DNA of 63,978 nucleotides, the filler included, from Candidatus Hydrogenedentota bacterium (lineage in GTDB: Bacteria; JBFMHD01): assembly GCA_040752395.1 (NCBI GenBank). It is 11 parts of 11 records of this genome, joined end to end, with 100 filler letters (N's around TTAATTAATTAA, not from the genome) between each part and the next. Parts side by side here need not be neighbours in the genome. Positions count along the whole stretch, not along the records: positions 61,697 to 63,978 come from JBFMHD010000308.1; 10 more parts are not named here. The stretch is one strand, 5' to 3'. The first letter of the stretch is position 1. Each line of letters starts with the position of its first letter. The notes beneath the pieces were generated by a model. The model ran no database searches, was not told where the DNA came from, and saw nothing but the letters and a program-made list of their open reading frames with translations. Shown here piece by piece: positions 62,009 to 63,978 of this stretch. The translations under genes and the position numbers were made by a program.

Positions 62009-62620
62009 ATGATAGAAGAAAAATTATTAAATGAGAAAGAGATAGAAGATACTATAAAACGTATAGCTAATGAGATACTTGACAGACATCGAGATAAAAA
62101 GATAGCGATTGTGGGTATTCATGCAAGAGGTGTAATTTTTGCTGATAGAGTATATAAGATATTAAAAAAATCCTGTAAAAATATTTTAAGAGGTACTCTT
62201 GATATAACACTATATAGAGATGACCTTGATAATTTAGGGACGATACCCCATGTTAAAGGTTCGGAACTTGATTTTGATGTTAATGGTATTGTGATAATAC
62301 TTTTTGACGATGTTTTGTTCACAGGTAGAACTATAAGAGCAGCTTTAGACGAAATCATAGATTATGGACGGCCTGCTAAAATAGAACTTGCTGTTCTTAT
62401 AGACAGAGGGAATAGAGAATTACCTATCAAGCCTGATTATACAGGGAAATATATAAAGACAGAGAGAAACGAATATATTAAAGTCAGGTTCAAAGAATCA
62501 GATAAAGAAGATGCCATATATTTGATTAGAGAATTAGAATATAGAAGCAAGATAACGAAAGAAGCAAGAAGTATCAGGACAGGCTACAGAGTACAGGCTA
62601 CGGGCTCCAGCCGGCTGTAG
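62009..62620 (+). CDS. pyrR: PyrR regulator / uracil phosphoribosyltransferase with repeat-encoded C-terminal tail
   Basis: LDITLYRDD, DDVLFTGRTIRAALD and DRGNRELPI. Confidence 0.95.
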   Translation: MIEEKLLNEKEIEDTIKRIANEILDRHRDKKIAIVGIHARGVIFADRVYKILKKSCKNILRGTLDITLYRDDLDNLGTIPHVKGSELDFDVNGIVIILFDDVLFTGRTIRAALDEIIDYGRPAKIELAVLIDRGNRELPIKPDYTGKYIKTERNEYIKVRFKESDKEDAIYLIRELEYRSKITKEARSIRTGYRVQATGSSRL

Positions 62621-62676
62621 CCCGTGGCCCGTAGCCTGTACCCCGAATTATTAGAGTTACAACGTTTTTCAGAGGA
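62542..62676 (+). repeat. Repeat copy overlapping the pyrR 3' end and supplying the SD of pyrB
   Basis: GTACAGGCTACGGGCT-C-CAGCCGGCTG-T-AGCCCGTGGCCCGTAGCCTGTAC hairpin; GAGGAG-AACG-ATG 62682. Confidence 0.9.
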
Positions 62677-62681
62677 GAACG

Positions 62682-63641
62682 ATGATGGGAAAAGATACAA
62701 TAGGAAGAAAAGACCTGCTTGATATAGGAAGTTTGAGTAGAAAAGAGATAGAATTAATTTTGCAAACAACAAAACCTTTCAAGGACTTGTTTACACGCTC
62801 TGTTAAAAAAGTGCCGACCTTAAAAGGTAAAACCGTTGTTTTATTATTTTATGAGCCGTCAACAAGGACTCGAACGTCGTTTGAGATCGCAGCAAAAAGG
62901 CTGTCAGCTGACGTTATTAATATCTCGGTTGCCGCATCAAGTATTGTTAAGGGTGAATCGATACTTGATACTATAAAGACCTTGCAGGCTATGAGAACTG
63001 ATTATATTGTTGTTAGACATTCTGTTTCTGGGGTTCCTTCTTATATCTCGAAAAATACCACTGCCTCTGTTATAAATGCAGGTGATGGGTTTCATGCTCA
63101 TCCCACTCAGGCGCTACTCGATGCATTCACTATTAAAGAGAAGATTAAAGATTTAGAAAACACCAAAATACTGATAGTCGGTGATATTTTACATTCACGC
63201 GTAGCAAGGTCAGATATGGAGTGTTTTCATAAACTGGGGATGAAGATCGGTGTGTTTGGACCTGCAACTTTAATACCAGCTAATCTTCCAAAATATATAA
63301 AAGTCTTTTATAATTATGATGATACCATTGCATGGGGACTACCAGATGTTATATATCTACTTAGAATACAGCTTGAGAGACAGAAAACAAATTTTTTCCC
63401 GAATATACGAGAATATCATAATATATTCGGAATAACAAAAGAAAGGTTTAAAATCATAAAAGATAAGGGAATATATATTTTACATCCGGGTCCTGTGAAC
63501 AGGGGTGTAGAACTTATTGATGATGTTATGGATTATGAAAGGACTTTAATCTGTAATCAGGTGGAGAATGGTGTGGCTGTTAGAATGTCGGTTCTTTATT
63601 TATTAACACAAACCCACTCAGTTATAGATAGCGAAGTGTGA
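62682..63641 (+). CDS. pyrB: Aspartate carbamoyltransferase catalytic subunit
   Basis: FYEPSTRTRTSF, HPTQALLD, GDILHSRV and HPGPVNRG. Confidence 0.97.
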   Translation: MMGKDTIGRKDLLDIGSLSRKEIELILQTTKPFKDLFTRSVKKVPTLKGKTVVLLFYEPSTRTRTSFEIAAKRLSADVINISVAASSIVKGESILDTIKTLQAMRTDYIVVRHSVSGVPSYISKNTTASVINAGDGFHAHPTQALLDAFTIKEKIKDLENTKILIVGDILHSRVARSDMECFHKLGMKIGVFGPATLIPANLPKYIKVFYNYDDTIAWGLPDVIYLLRIQLERQKTNFFPNIREYHNIFGITKERFKIIKDKGIYILHPGPVNRGVELIDDVMDYERTLICNQVENGVAVRMSVLYLLTQTHSVIDSEV

Positions 63642-63677
63642 AAAAATTGTAGTGAGCATCTTTAGATGCGTCTGCAT

Positions 63678-63978
63678 TCTTACTTTTTTTGAAGGAGTAG
63701 TCATAAGCGCGGTTTGCGCTCTACACTATTGTGTTATTGGGTTCTTGGGTTATTGCGTTTTTGCGCTCTACACAAAGGATGAAAAACTAAAGATGATATA
63801 AAAAGAGTCGTGAGTCGCAAGTCGTGAGTCGTGAGTCGTGAGTCAAAACAGGACTCAAGACTCAAGACTTTTCAGCAGGCTCTGGGCTGTTGGCTCCAGC
63901 CGGCTGTAGTCCGTAGCCTGTAGCCTGTAGCCCGTCCTGACACCTCTCACTTCTTCCGTTATCTTGCCTCTTGCTTCT
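63678..63978 (+). repeat. Near-complete repeat copy at the window end
   Basis: Same module order as 31952-32294. Confidence 0.9.

Noticed and set aside
1-63978. tRNA, rRNA or known riboswitch
   Set aside because: None recognised by eye; a tRNAscan-SE/Infernal run is needed to exclude them formally.

Overview
AT-rich DNA from a diderm (BamA, Skp, LpxD, TonB/ExbBD), probably anaerobic bacterium. The window is not contiguous. Eleven contig pieces are joined by ten artificial 100-nt linkers (N44-TTAATTAATTAA-N44) at 4685, 9455, 14218, 18907, 38771, 43372, 47953, 52528, 57093 and 61597, so adjacency across them means nothing. Gene content is mostly housekeeping: argGH, ppdK, aspartokinase, a partner-switching module, preTA, mcsA-mcsB-clpC-TPR-exbBD-tonB-bamA-skp-lpxD, peptide ABC permeases, nfi, an Hnd/Hyd-like NADH-module locus, aroEA, wza/wzc-like genes and pyrRB. 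There are also secreted DUF11/FN3 proteins and IS remnants. The most striking signal is non-coding: more than 25 copies of a modular dispersed repeat. Its modules are 6-8-nt tandem units arranged as hairpins and kept in a largely fixed order. One module is a GTAG-REP-like palindrome. A conserved terminal module (TTATTA[T/G]AGTTACAA[T/C]GTTTTTCAGAGGAG) supplies the apparent Shine-Dalgarno of about a dozen unrelated genes. Other notable items are a BamA with an N-terminal helical plus Ig-like extension and a roughly 320-nt structured intergenic region closed by an inverted repeat.
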